Shown piece by piece: positions 24,507 to 32,000 of a DNA stretch of 32,000 nt. Position numbers and translations under genes: made by a program. How positions within the stretch are numbered: position 1 is the first letter of the stretch; each line of letters opens with the position of its first letter. This DNA comes from Candidatus Saccharimonadota bacterium (GTDB taxonomy: Bacteria; Patescibacteriota; Saccharimonadia; Saccharimonadales; UBA4665). The stretch is taken from contig OY970350.1 of the NCBI GenBank assembly GCA_963718045.1, positions 360,001-392,000 of the forward strand. The letters run 5' to 3'. Below the pieces are notes generated by a model. It was not told the origin of the DNA. It did no database searches and saw nothing but the letters and a program-made list of their open reading frames with translations.

Positions 24507-24914
24507 TTATTTAGCCTTCCCGGTCTTATTAGCAGTTTCCTTCTTGGCAGCAGTTTCTGCCTTCGGCTTAGGCTGCGGCCTCTTTTGGCCGTCAATAACT
24601 ACTCGGATATGGCAAGAACGTCTCTTAAAAGGCAGTGCCCGGCCGTGGGATGCTGGTCGGTAGCGCTTTAGGGAAGGGCCACCGGTGACACTGATTTCAA
24701 TAATTTTGAGACCTTCGGCTCTAAAACCGTGGTTATGCGTTGCATTAGCTTTGGCACTTTCAATAACCTTCTTAACAGCTGTTGCCGACTGTCTTGGCGT
24801 GTAGTCAAGGATAGTTAATGCTTCATCGACTGTTCGGCCGCGAACTAAGGCAACCACCTCGCTAACCTTGCGGGTGCTGATTCTGACATTTTTAGCTATT
24901 GCTTGGATGGCCAT
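24507..24914 (-). CDS. rplV: 50S ribosomal protein L22 (Lys/Pro/Ala-rich C-terminal extension)
   Basis: AKNVRISTRKVSEVVALVRGRTVDEALTILDYTP. Confidence 0.95.
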   Translation of the reverse strand: MAIQAIAKNVRISTRKVSEVVALVRGRTVDEALTILDYTPRQSATAVKKVIESAKANATHNHGFRAEGLKIIEISVTGGPSLKRYRPASHGRALPFKRRSCHIRVVIDGQKRPQPKPKAETAAKKETANKTGKAK

Positions 24915-25195
24915 TATACTATCTCCGCCTCTTTAGCTTTTCGGCCGCCGTGGCGTCTGAATTTACGGGTAGGGGCAAATTCACCAAGTTTATGTCCAAC
25001 CATGTTTTCGGTGATGAAAACAGGTACGTGAAGCTTACCGTTATGGACGGCAATTGTGCGGCCAACAAAGTCAGGGGAAATGGTGCTAGACCGGGCCCAG
25101 GTTTTAATGATAGTCCGGTCATCACTAGACAGTGCGGCTATTTTTTTAGCCAGCTTGAAGTCTATAAACGGTCCTTTTTTCAGTGAACGGCTCAT
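24914..25195 (-). CDS. rpsS: 30S ribosomal protein S19
   Basis: [12 protein letters not shown]... [33 protein letters not shown]. Confidence 0.95.
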   Translation of the reverse strand: MSRSLKKGPFIDFKLAKKIAALSSDDRTIIKTWARSSTISPDFVGRTIAVHNGKLHVPVFITENMVGHKLGEFAPTRKFRRHGGRKAKEAEIV

Positions 25196-25197
25196 GA

Positions 25198-26052
25198 CTA
25201 TTTACCTCTCTTGTTTAGGTGACGGCTTCGGATAATGTACTTGGTTGTACTCTTTCGCCTTCTTGTCTTATTGCCCAGAGTTTTTTGACCCCATGGAGTT
25301 TTAGGCGATGAACCATGTCCCTTACCGCCGCCAATACCGTGCTTGCCGCCGTCACCGCCGCCATGGGGATGATCAACAGCGTTCATGGTAACACCGCGGA
25401 CTGCCGGTCTGATGCCTTGGTGGCGTTTAATGCCGGCTTTGCCGAGCTTGATGTTTTGGTGCTGTTCATTGCCAACCACACCGATGCTGGCTGTGCAGTT
25501 TTCGTTAACTTGCCTGACTTCGCCGCTGGGCAGTCTGAGCTGGGCATAGCCGTTATCTCTAGCCATTAACATGGCGCTTGCGCCAGCTGATCTGACCATT
25601 TGAGCGCCTTTACCCGGCTGCATCTCTACGGCGTGAATAACACTTCCAATCGGCAGTACTTTAAGGGCTAATCTGTTGCCGTTTTCAATTGCGCTGTCGC
25701 CGCCGACAGATATCTTTTGACCTATTTTCATGCCTTGGGTAGCTAGAATGTAAGCGTATTGGCCATCGGCCCGTTTAATCCGGGCCAGATTAGCACTTCG
25801 GTTTGGATCATATTCAATGTCTGTAACTATGCCAGAGAAACCGTCCGGCAGGCTAAAACTAACTAATCTATAGAATCTATGGGCGCCGCCGCCTTTATGC
25901 CTGGTGGTGATCTTGCCTTGGTTGTTTCGGCCTGAACCGCTGCGCTTAACTGATGTTAATGATCTGACCGGCTTACTAGTGGTTATAGCCTGAAAATCCC
26001 GCTTACTCATGCCTCTTCGGCCGGGGGAAGTTGGCTTATATATGCTGTCCAT
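25198..26052 (-). CDS. rplB: 50S ribosomal protein L2
   Basis: [13 protein letters not shown]-terminus and the [13 protein letters not shown] motif. Confidence 0.95.
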   Translation of the reverse strand: MDSIYKPTSPGRRGMSKRDFQAITTSKPVRSLTSVKRSGSGRNNQGKITTRHKGGGAHRFYRLVSFSLPDGFSGIVTDIEYDPNRSANLARIKRADGQYAYILATQGMKIGQKISVGGDSAIENGNRLALKVLPIGSVIHAVEMQPGKGAQMVRSAGASAMLMARDNGYAQLRLPSGEVRQVNENCTASIGVVGNEQHQNIKLGKAGIKRHQGIRPAVRGVTMNAVDHPHGGGDGGKHGIGGGKGHGSSPKTPWGQKTLGNKTRRRKSTTKYIIRSRHLNKRGK

Positions 26053-26053
26053 C

Positions 26054-26506
26054 TTATTTGCCCTCCGGCTTTTTGGTCATTAAGAAGCGCCGCTTCGGAG
26101 CTTTATCTGCCTTCTGGGTCTTGACTTCCTTTTCAGCCTGCTTTTTGGCAGCTTTATCGAACTGCTCCTGATTAGCTTCACGCTTCTCTTCAGCTTCATC
26201 GATACTTTCAAAGAAAGGCAGGCTTTGATCTTTAGCTAGAGTTACGTAAGCTTTCTTAAGCCCTGGTCTAAATCCTTCGCTGTTTACCGAGCGCTTGCCG
26301 GTTAAAGATATGGTCCTTTTAGCCTTACCTTTAATACTTGCCATGTTGACCGATTTAACTTCAACTTCAAATTGGGCTTTAACGGCCTTTTTGACTTCAA
26401 GCTTGTTAGAGCTCGTCGGAACGTCAAAGACATAAACATTCTTAAGTTTAGATAAATCATATGTCTTTTCGTTAATTAGAGGTGTTATACCTAAGGTCTT
26501 AGACAT
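26054..26506 (-). CDS. rplW: 50S ribosomal protein L23 (about 50-aa charged C-terminal extension)
   Basis: LINEKTYDLSKLKNVYVFDVPTSSNKLEVKKAVKAQFEVEV core in the conserved position. The tail is EEKREANQEQFDKAAKKQAEKEVKTQKADKAPKRR. Confidence 0.93.
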   Translation of the reverse strand: MSKTLGITPLINEKTYDLSKLKNVYVFDVPTSSNKLEVKKAVKAQFEVEVKSVNMASIKGKAKRTISLTGKRSVNSEGFRPGLKKAYVTLAKDQSLPFFESIDEAEEKREANQEQFDKAAKKQAEKEVKTQKADKAPKRRFLMTKKPEGK

Positions 26507-27141
26507 TATTTAACCTCCAAGCGTGATTCAATTTCTTTTAAGGCTGGCTTTGTAATAACAATCCGGTCACTGTTTAAGACGTCAAAAACGTTTAATCCTT
26601 TGGCGGTAGATAAAAGAACAAACGGAATATTTCTAGCGGACAGCTTGAGTTCTTCTGGCAGCTTGTCAAGAACTAGGAGAAGTGAGCCTTCCACGGATAA
26701 TTTATTAATAAGACTGACTAGCTCAGCTGTTTTAGCGTTTTTAAGCTTTATCTCTTCAATTATGCTGATCTTGCCATCGCTTTGAGCAAGAGTCAGGGCC
26801 TGCTTTAAAGCAATTCTTTTAGCTTTAATATTCAGTTTTTTTGCATAGTTCTCATTGCCGGTCGGACCAAAAGCAATACCGCCGCCGCGCCAAATAGGGT
26901 TCCTTGAGGAACCAAAACGGGCCCGGCCAGTGCCTTTTTGCCGCCATGGCTTCTTGCCGCCGCCTGATACCAGGCCTCTGGTTTTAACGACTGCTAAATT
27001 CTCCCGGCCATTAGCTAAGTAGGTACGATAGGCATCTTTAAGTAATTGGTGGTCTTTAATCTCTTGGCCAAAGACATCTTTAGATAAGACTGTCCCATTT
27101 GTAGATTTCTGACCGCCGGCGCTATATGTCGGGGCGTTCAT
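26506..27141 (-). CDS. rplD: 50S ribosomal protein L4
   Basis: GGGKKPWRQKGTGRARFGSSRNPIWRGGGIAFGP is the L4 signature. Confidence 0.95.
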   Translation of the reverse strand: MNAPTYSAGGQKSTNGTVLSKDVFGQEIKDHQLLKDAYRTYLANGRENLAVVKTRGLVSGGGKKPWRQKGTGRARFGSSRNPIWRGGGIAFGPTGNENYAKKLNIKAKRIALKQALTLAQSDGKISIIEEIKLKNAKTAELVSLINKLSVEGSLLLVLDKLPEELKLSARNIPFVLLSTAKGLNVFDVLNSDRIVITKPALKEIESRLEVK

Positions 27142-27760
27142 TACTTAGCCTCTCTGAGACGATTAAGATTCCCTTTTTAGGACCTGGGACGGCACCAAAT
27201 ACGCCAATAACGTGCCTTTCGGGATCAACTAAAGCAACTTTAAGGTTTTTAACGGTGACTTTCTCGTGTCCCAAACGACCAGCCATTTTCTTGCCCTTTA
27301 AGATATGCTGAGGATACATCGAACCAATTGAGCCAACCCGTCTATAGCTTCGGCCGCCGTGGGTTTTACGGCCTCTATGGAAATTGTGGCGCCTAATAGT
27401 GCCAGCCCAGCCTTTACCTTTGTTTAGACCACTGACATCGACTATGTCACCAATACTAAAAACGTCGGAGTTAAATTTGTCTCCGACATTTAAAGAATCT
27501 GCACCGTCATCTAACTTAAACTCCCTAATGATCTTAGGCATTACTTTAGCCAGCTTAGAGTGCCCTTTTAGGGACTTACCAGGATGTCTTGCTGTTTCTG
27601 TGCCGACTGCCAGTGCGTTATAGCCGTCGATACTTTCCGTCTTTTTCTGGATTACGGTGTGTTCATCGACTGACAGCAAGGTAACAGCTCTCACCGCTCC
27701 GCTTTCATCTATCGTGGAGGTCATGCCAAGCTTTCGAGTAATTAGGGATTTTGGCCCCAT
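27122..27760 (-). CDS. rplC: 50S ribosomal protein L3
   Basis: LITRKLGMTSTIDESG N-terminus, and GKGWAGTIRRHNFHRGRKTHG. Confidence 0.95.
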   Translation of the reverse strand: MGPKSLITRKLGMTSTIDESGAVRAVTLLSVDEHTVIQKKTESIDGYNALAVGTETARHPGKSLKGHSKLAKVMPKIIREFKLDDGADSLNVGDKFNSDVFSIGDIVDVSGLNKGKGWAGTIRRHNFHRGRKTHGGRSYRRVGSIGSMYPQHILKGKKMAGRLGHEKVTVKNLKVALVDPERHVIGVFGAVPGPKKGILIVSERLSNERPDI

Positions 27761-27959
27761 TGAATACTTACCTTACTTATTACCTTAATTTAGCCTATAT
27801 ACTAAAATTCTTGGTGACCGACGGTTTCCATCTGTTAGACCTATCTGATAACACCAAGCTACCTAATTTTTTGTCTAGATACCATGACAGATTAGCATGC
27901 GAGATTATATCTGTCAATACGTTGAGAATTCTACACCATCAATAATGAAATTCTAGTCG

Positions 27960-28253
27960 TTAGATAGCGCGTTCAAGTTTTGTTATGCGCCGTTCGTGAT
28001 TAGCCAGCTTTGATTCATCTCTGCCGAATTTTTCGTCGATATGATCACTTAGATCTAAAAAGGCATCACCCACGCCTGCGAAACCATCATCCATTCTAGT
28101 CGTTAATCTTATTTCCATTTTTTTCATGTCCCCTCGGATATTGGCTTCTGTTTTAGCGGCAATCTCAGTAAATTCCTTCTTGAGATTTGCTTCCGTGTTA
28201 TTAGCACTAACCTGAACTAGCTCTTTAATATCTTCAAATTGTTCGTCATTCAT
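27960..28253 (-). CDS. Hypothetical coiled-coil protein (97 aa) inserted between rpsJ and rplC
   Basis: Clean ORF on the operon strand with AGGA about 8 nt upstream of the ATG. Highly charged with heptad-like sequence (EANLKKEFTEIAAKTEANIRGDMKKMEIRL ... HERRITKLERAI). No family recognised. Confidence 0.5.
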   Translation of the reverse strand: MNDEQFEDIKELVQVSANNTEANLKKEFTEIAAKTEANIRGDMKKMEIRLTTRMDDGFAGVGDAFLDLSDHIDEKFGRDESKLANHERRITKLERAI

Positions 28254-28328
28254 GACTTAATCCTAGCACTTACCACGCGATATAATCTGTTGTATTTTCA
28301 CCAGCATTTAATAATTGAAAACTGACTA

Positions 28329-28658
28329 TTACATCTTTATTTCGACATCGCAGCCGGCCGGAAGTGACAGGCTCATGAGTGAGTCAATTGTCTTAGGGGT
28401 CGGGTCAAAGACATCAATCAGGCGTTTATGGATACGCATTTCAAACTGTTCACGGCTTTTCTTATAGACATGGGGGCTTTTTATGACCGTGAAGGTGCTT
28501 TTTCTAGTTGGCAGAGGAATAGGGCCGGCCAATGATGCGCCGGTTCTAAGAGCGGTATCGATAATCTGTTTAGCTGCCTGATCTATAACTTTATGATCAT
28601 AAGCTTTAAGTCTTATCCGGATACGCTGTTTTACGGGTGGGGTTTTGGCTTCGGCCAT
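28329..28658 (-). CDS. rpsJ: 30S ribosomal protein S10
   Basis: [40 protein letters not shown]. Confidence 0.95.
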   Translation of the reverse strand: MAEAKTPPVKQRIRIRLKAYDHKVIDQAAKQIIDTALRTGASLAGPIPLPTRKSTFTVIKSPHVYKKSREQFEMRIHKRLIDVFDPTPKTIDSLMSLSLPAGCDVEIKM

Positions 28659-28713
28659 GTATTCCTTTAATTGTTAATTGAAGGCTAAAAAAGCTCTTCG
28701 CTTTAAATATATC

Positions 28714-29898
28714 CTATTTAATTATTTTAGTCACAACACCGGCACCAACTGTTCGGCCGCCTTCGCGGATTGCAAAACGCAGACCCTGTTCCATGGCAAT
28801 TGGTGAAAGCAGTTTAACTTTGAAGGTTATCGTGTCGCCGGGCATAACCATTTCTTTATCAGTTGGCAGTTCAACTTCACCTGTTACATCGGTGGTTCGG
28901 AAGTAAAATTGCGGCTTATATCCCTTAAAGAATGGGGTATGGCGTCCGCCTTCTTCCTTTGTTAAGATATATACCTCTGAATCAAATTCAGTGTGAGGTG
29001 TAATTGAACCTGGTTTAGCCAGAACTTGGCCGCGTTCAATGTCATCCCGTTCAATGCCTCTTAGCAGAATGCCGGCATTGTCGCCAGCCTGACCCTGGTC
29101 TAAGGTCTTTTTGAAAGCTTCGATACCGGTTACAACGGATTTTTGGGTTGGCCGGATACCGACAATTTCAACCTCATCGTTAATTTTAACGACACCTTTT
29201 TCAATTCGGCCGGTAGCGACTGTACCCCGTCCTTTAATGGAGAAGACATCTTCTATTGGCATTAGGAACGGTTTGTCGAGCTCTCTGACTGGCTCGGGAA
29301 TGTATTCATCCATAGCCTTAATAAGTTCCATTATGGCTTCTTCACTGGCAGCGTCGCCCTCCAGAGCTTTAGTAGCAGAACCGCGGATAATCGGGGCATT
29401 TTTGTCAAAACCGTTCTTTTCCAGCAGCTCCCGGACTTCTTCTTCAACCAGATCAACTAATTCAGGGTCAGCTATATCCATTTTATTCATGAAAACTAAT
29501 ATCTTCGGAACTTCTACCTGACGGGCAAGCAGAACATGTTCCCTGGTTTGAGGCATCGGACCATCAGCTGCCGAGACAACTAATATGGCACCGTCAATTT
29601 GAGCGGCGCCAGTGATCATATTCTTAACGTAGTCAGCGTGTCCCGGCATGTCAACGTGGGCATAGTGACGCTTTTCACTCTCATATTCAGTGTGGGAAGT
29701 GGCAATAGTAATACCCCTGGATTTTTCTTCTGGCGCATTATCTATTTCTTCAAATTTCTTAGGTACGTTAATTTTTGATGGGATTCTCTTGGCTAAAACA
29801 AAAGTAATAGCCGATGTTAAGGTTGTTTTTCCATGGTCAACATGACCCATAGTACCGACATTTACGTGTGGCTTGCTTCGATCAAACTGCTCTGCCAT
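28714..29898 (-). CDS. tuf: Elongation factor Tu
   Basis: [18 protein letters not shown] and NKMD GTPase motifs. 394 aa. Confidence 0.97.
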   Translation of the reverse strand: MAEQFDRSKPHVNVGTMGHVDHGKTTLTSAITFVLAKRIPSKINVPKKFEEIDNAPEEKSRGITIATSHTEYESEKRHYAHVDMPGHADYVKNMITGAAQIDGAILVVSAADGPMPQTREHVLLARQVEVPKILVFMNKMDIADPELVDLVEEEVRELLEKNGFDKNAPIIRGSATKALEGDAASEEAIMELIKAMDEYIPEPVRELDKPFLMPIEDVFSIKGRGTVATGRIEKGVVKINDEVEIVGIRPTQKSVVTGIEAFKKTLDQGQAGDNAGILLRGIERDDIERGQVLAKPGSITPHTEFDSEVYILTKEEGGRHTPFFKGYKPQFYFRTTDVTGEVELPTDKEMVMPGDTITFKVKLLSPIAMEQGLRFAIREGGRTVGAGVVTKIIK

Positions 29899-29975
29899 TT
29901 AAACTTGCTCCTTTAAGCTCAGATTAGTAATTCTTTATACATAAGTAATATATACTCACGCTTTGTGATTGAGTC

Positions 29976-30004
29976 AGTATATCTAAGAAGAGTTGCTTTG
30001 TAAA
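29976..30004 (-). promoter_or_regulatory. Predicted sigma70-type promoter for tuf
   Basis: On the minus strand: TTTACA (30004-29999), 17 nt, TATACT (29981-29976). An about 70-nt leader ends in an AAGGAG RBS before the ATG at 29898. Confidence 0.45.
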
Positions 30005-30037
30005 GAGTTAGTAAGGACAATTCTAAGAAAGCTGAAA

Positions 30038-30685
30038 CTAAAAGAAGCTAGCAAAGTTTTGGACTGCGGACTGGGTCTTGCCTAAGTGGTTATTCATGGC
30101 TTCTATACGCGATCTAAGTTTGGCAGGATCATTTGCTCCGACGAGCATAATTCTATAAAACTGCCTTTTGAGAAACTCCATTGAATTTTCATCTTCTTGT
30201 TCAGTAGGTATCTTTTGAATTGAATCTGGGTGAATACCCGTCTTTGATGCAAATATAATAAATCGTTCTAAATGATGTAGATGACTGACCACCCCAAGAG
30301 GGTTGTCCGGGTCAATAGTAGCGGGATCTATATAACCAAGTTCAATACAGTTTAATATGTTTTCGGCAGTTGATGTGGACTCAGTTTCTGTCTCTATGAG
30401 TCTAGAAGGGATTTCCGCTTCCATTAAAAGTCCGGCTATTAAACTAGCTTCTCGTTGTGACTCAGGTACATATTCACCGTTTTGGCCGTGGCTATGGCCT
30501 CCGGTACATACGATCATTGCGCCCCTAGCTAGAAAACGAGCTTCTTCCTCATAGTAATACTCAATTGTCCTATCGGCACGCTCTGTTGAATGCTGATGGA
30601 GCATCAACTGTCCATAGTCGTCGATGGTCAATCCGCCTCCTAAGACCATCAATTGATTGGCCGCAACTGTATTTACCTCAGACAT
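30038..30685 (-). CDS. DUF218 (YdcF/ElyC/SanA-like) domain protein inserted between fusA and tuf
   Basis: Pattern LMVLGGG ... ERADRTIEYY ... MIVCTGG ... ESQREASLIAGLL...IPSRLIETETESTSTAENI ... VVSHLHHLERF follows the DUF218 consensus (vLGgg / sGG / sEA..m / E..S.nT.eNa / VTs..H..R). Confidence 0.55.
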   Translation of the reverse strand: MSEVNTVAANQLMVLGGGLTIDDYGQLMLHQHSTERADRTIEYYYEEEARFLARGAMIVCTGGHSHGQNGEYVPESQREASLIAGLLMEAEIPSRLIETETESTSTAENILNCIELGYIDPATIDPDNPLGVVSHLHHLERFIIFASKTGIHPDSIQKIPTEQEDENSMEFLKRQFYRIMLVGANDPAKLRSRIEAMNNHLGKTQSAVQNFASFF

Positions 30686-30717
30686 AGCGTTACTAACATA
30701 TATTAGACTCCCTATTA

Positions 30718-32000
30718 TTACTTAGCGCTCTTAGAAATTATTTCTTCGGCAACGTTTCTGGGAACGTCTGCATAGTGGCTAAGCTCCATTGTACTTGAAG
30801 CTCTGCCCTGGGTCATGCTCCGAAGATTGGTGGTATAACCAAACATTTCGCCTAAAGGAACAAAGGCTGTTATTTCTTTAATACCGCCGCTTAAATCTTC
30901 CATCGACTCAATATGGCCTCTTTTGGAGTTTAGATCACCAATGACATCACCCATGTAGTTTTCGGGTGTTACAACAACTAGCTTCATGATAGGTTCAAGA
31001 ATTACAGGGTTTGCTTTTTTGACACCGTCCTGCAGGGCAATGGATCCGGCTATAGAGAAAGCCATTTCAGAAGAGTCAACTTCGTGGTAGCTGCCGTCAT
31101 AGAGCTCGGCCCTTATATCTACTACCGGATAGCCGGCTATGACACCGTTACCCATGGCCTCTTCAATGCCTTTTTTAACAGCCGGGATGTATTCGTTAGG
31201 CACTACCCCACCCTTGATTGAGTTAATGAATTCATAGCCTTTGCCAGGTTCGTTTTGGAATATTCTTATCCAGACATCACCGTATTGCCCACGGCCGCCT
31301 GATTGACGGATGAACTTACCGTTTGCCTCAACGCCGTCCTTGCGAATAGTTTCACGGTAGGCAACCTGGGGCTGACCGACGTTAGCCTCGACGTTAAATT
31401 CACGCTTCATGCGGTCGACAATAATTTCCAGGTGAAGTTCACCCATGCCGCTAATTATTGTTTGTCCTGTTTCGTCATCAACGCGGATTCTAAAGGTTGG
31501 GTCTTCTTCAGCTAAACGTCCTAATGCTAGACTCATCTTCTCTTGGTCGATCTTAGTCTTTGGTTCGATAGCAATAGAGACAGGCGGTTCAGGGAAAGTT
31601 ATACTCTCTAGGATTATCGGGTTATTTGGATCACACAGCGTGTGTCCAGTGGTGGTTTCTTTAAGTCCGACAATGGCGGCTATATCGCCGGCCATAACTT
31701 CAGATACGTCTTCTCTTTTATCAGCCTGCATCCGAACTACCCGACCAACCCGCTCTTTTTCACCTGTGCTGCTGTTTAAAATATACGATCCGGCATTTAA
31801 CTTGCCTGAATAAACCCTAAAGTAGGCTAATTTACCAACAAATGGATCTGTCGAAATTTTAAAAGCCAAGGCACAGAATGGCTGGGCATTGTCAGGCTTT
31901 CTTTCAATCTCATCTCCAGTTTTTGGGTGAGTGCCCCATGTACTGCCTCTATCGACAGGGCTGGGTAAAAGATCATTGACGGCATCAAGTACCTTTTCAA
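30718..32000 (-). CDS. fusA: Elongation factor G, C-terminal about 427 codons (5' end beyond window)
   Basis: The track starts at an internal TTG (31869), but the frame stays open to base 32000. Upstream translation ...[48 protein letters not shown] matches EF-G domain II. The C-terminus is canonical. Confidence 0.95.
   Translation of the reverse strand, partial: EKVLDAVNDLLPSPVDRGSTWGTHPKTGDEIERKPDNAQPFCALAFKISTDPFVGKLAYFRVYSGKLNAGSYILNSSTGEKERVGRVVRMQADKREDVSEVMAGDIAAIVGLKETTTGHTLCDPNNPIILESITFPEPPVSIAIEPKTKIDQEKMSLALGRLAEEDPTFRIRVDDETGQTIISGMGELHLEIIVDRMKREFNVEANVGQPQVAYRETIRKDGVEANGKFIRQSGGRGQYGDVWIRIFQNEPGKGYEFINSIKGGVVPNEYIPAVKKGIEEAMGNGVIAGYPVVDIRAELYDGSYHEVDSSEMAFSIAGSIALQDGVKKANPVILEPIMKLVVVTPENYMGDVIGDLNSKRGHIESMEDLSGGIKEITAFVPLGEMFGYTTNLRSMTQGRASSTMELSHYADVPRNVAEEIISKSAK

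Noticed and set aside
27751-27945. A 64-aa plus-strand ORF in the rplC upstream spacer.
   Set aside because: It has a TTG start overlapping the rplC start codon region, lies on the strand opposite the whole operon, and has a hydrophobic low-complexity translation with no RBS.
1-32000. Alternative genetic code (UGA read as Gly, as in some CPR lineages), CRISPR arrays, rRNA genes and IS elements.
   Set aside because: All r-proteins reach normal lengths under standard stops, and TGA ends acpS and rpsE. I saw no repeat-spacer periodicity, rRNA-like sequence or transposase-like ORF anywhere in the window.

Overview
The window is mostly one minus-strand ribosomal super-operon from a small-genome bacterium. 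Gene order is fusA - (DUF218 gene) - tuf - rpsJ - (97-aa ORF) - rplC...rplO - secY, then infA - rpmJ - rpsM - rpsK - rpsD - rpoA - rplQ - rplM - rpsI - trpS - rluD-like - holB - TPR protein. Three things suggest a CPR/Patescibacteria (Saccharibacteria-like) genome, which is an inference only: L30 (rpmD) is absent, adk and map are absent, and many r-proteins carry charged tails. The standard genetic code applies, since TGA is used as a stop. Several normally invariant junctions of this cluster are interrupted. (i) The secY-infA gap holds a PIN/RHH toxin-antitoxin pair and, on the opposite strand, an AcpS gene translationally coupled to an 821-aa acyl-adenylate ligase + carrier domain + PlsC acyltransferase fusion. 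(ii) A 97-aa coiled-coil ORF with long flanking spacers sits between rpsJ and rplC. (iii) A DUF218/YdcF-like gene sits between fusA and tuf. The left 6 kb is an accessory-looking region: a partial GH15 glycosidase, rpmG, three tRNAs (Thr-GGU, Thr-UGU, Tyr-GUA), a small CxxC ORF, a DUF308/HdeD-like membrane protein, a MazG-like pyrophosphohydrolase, and a small ORF whose motif I recall from phage proteins. It also holds an unrecognisable two-gene operon (292 aa + 187 aa) transcribed divergently from a Fur-family regulator across a 66-bp region with a perfect 6-3-6 palindrome. I saw no rRNA, CRISPR array, transposase or integrase. rpmJ (38 aa) is missing from the ORF track and was found by manual translation. 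The track's starts for rplP, rpsC, acpS and the 2182 ORF were corrected.
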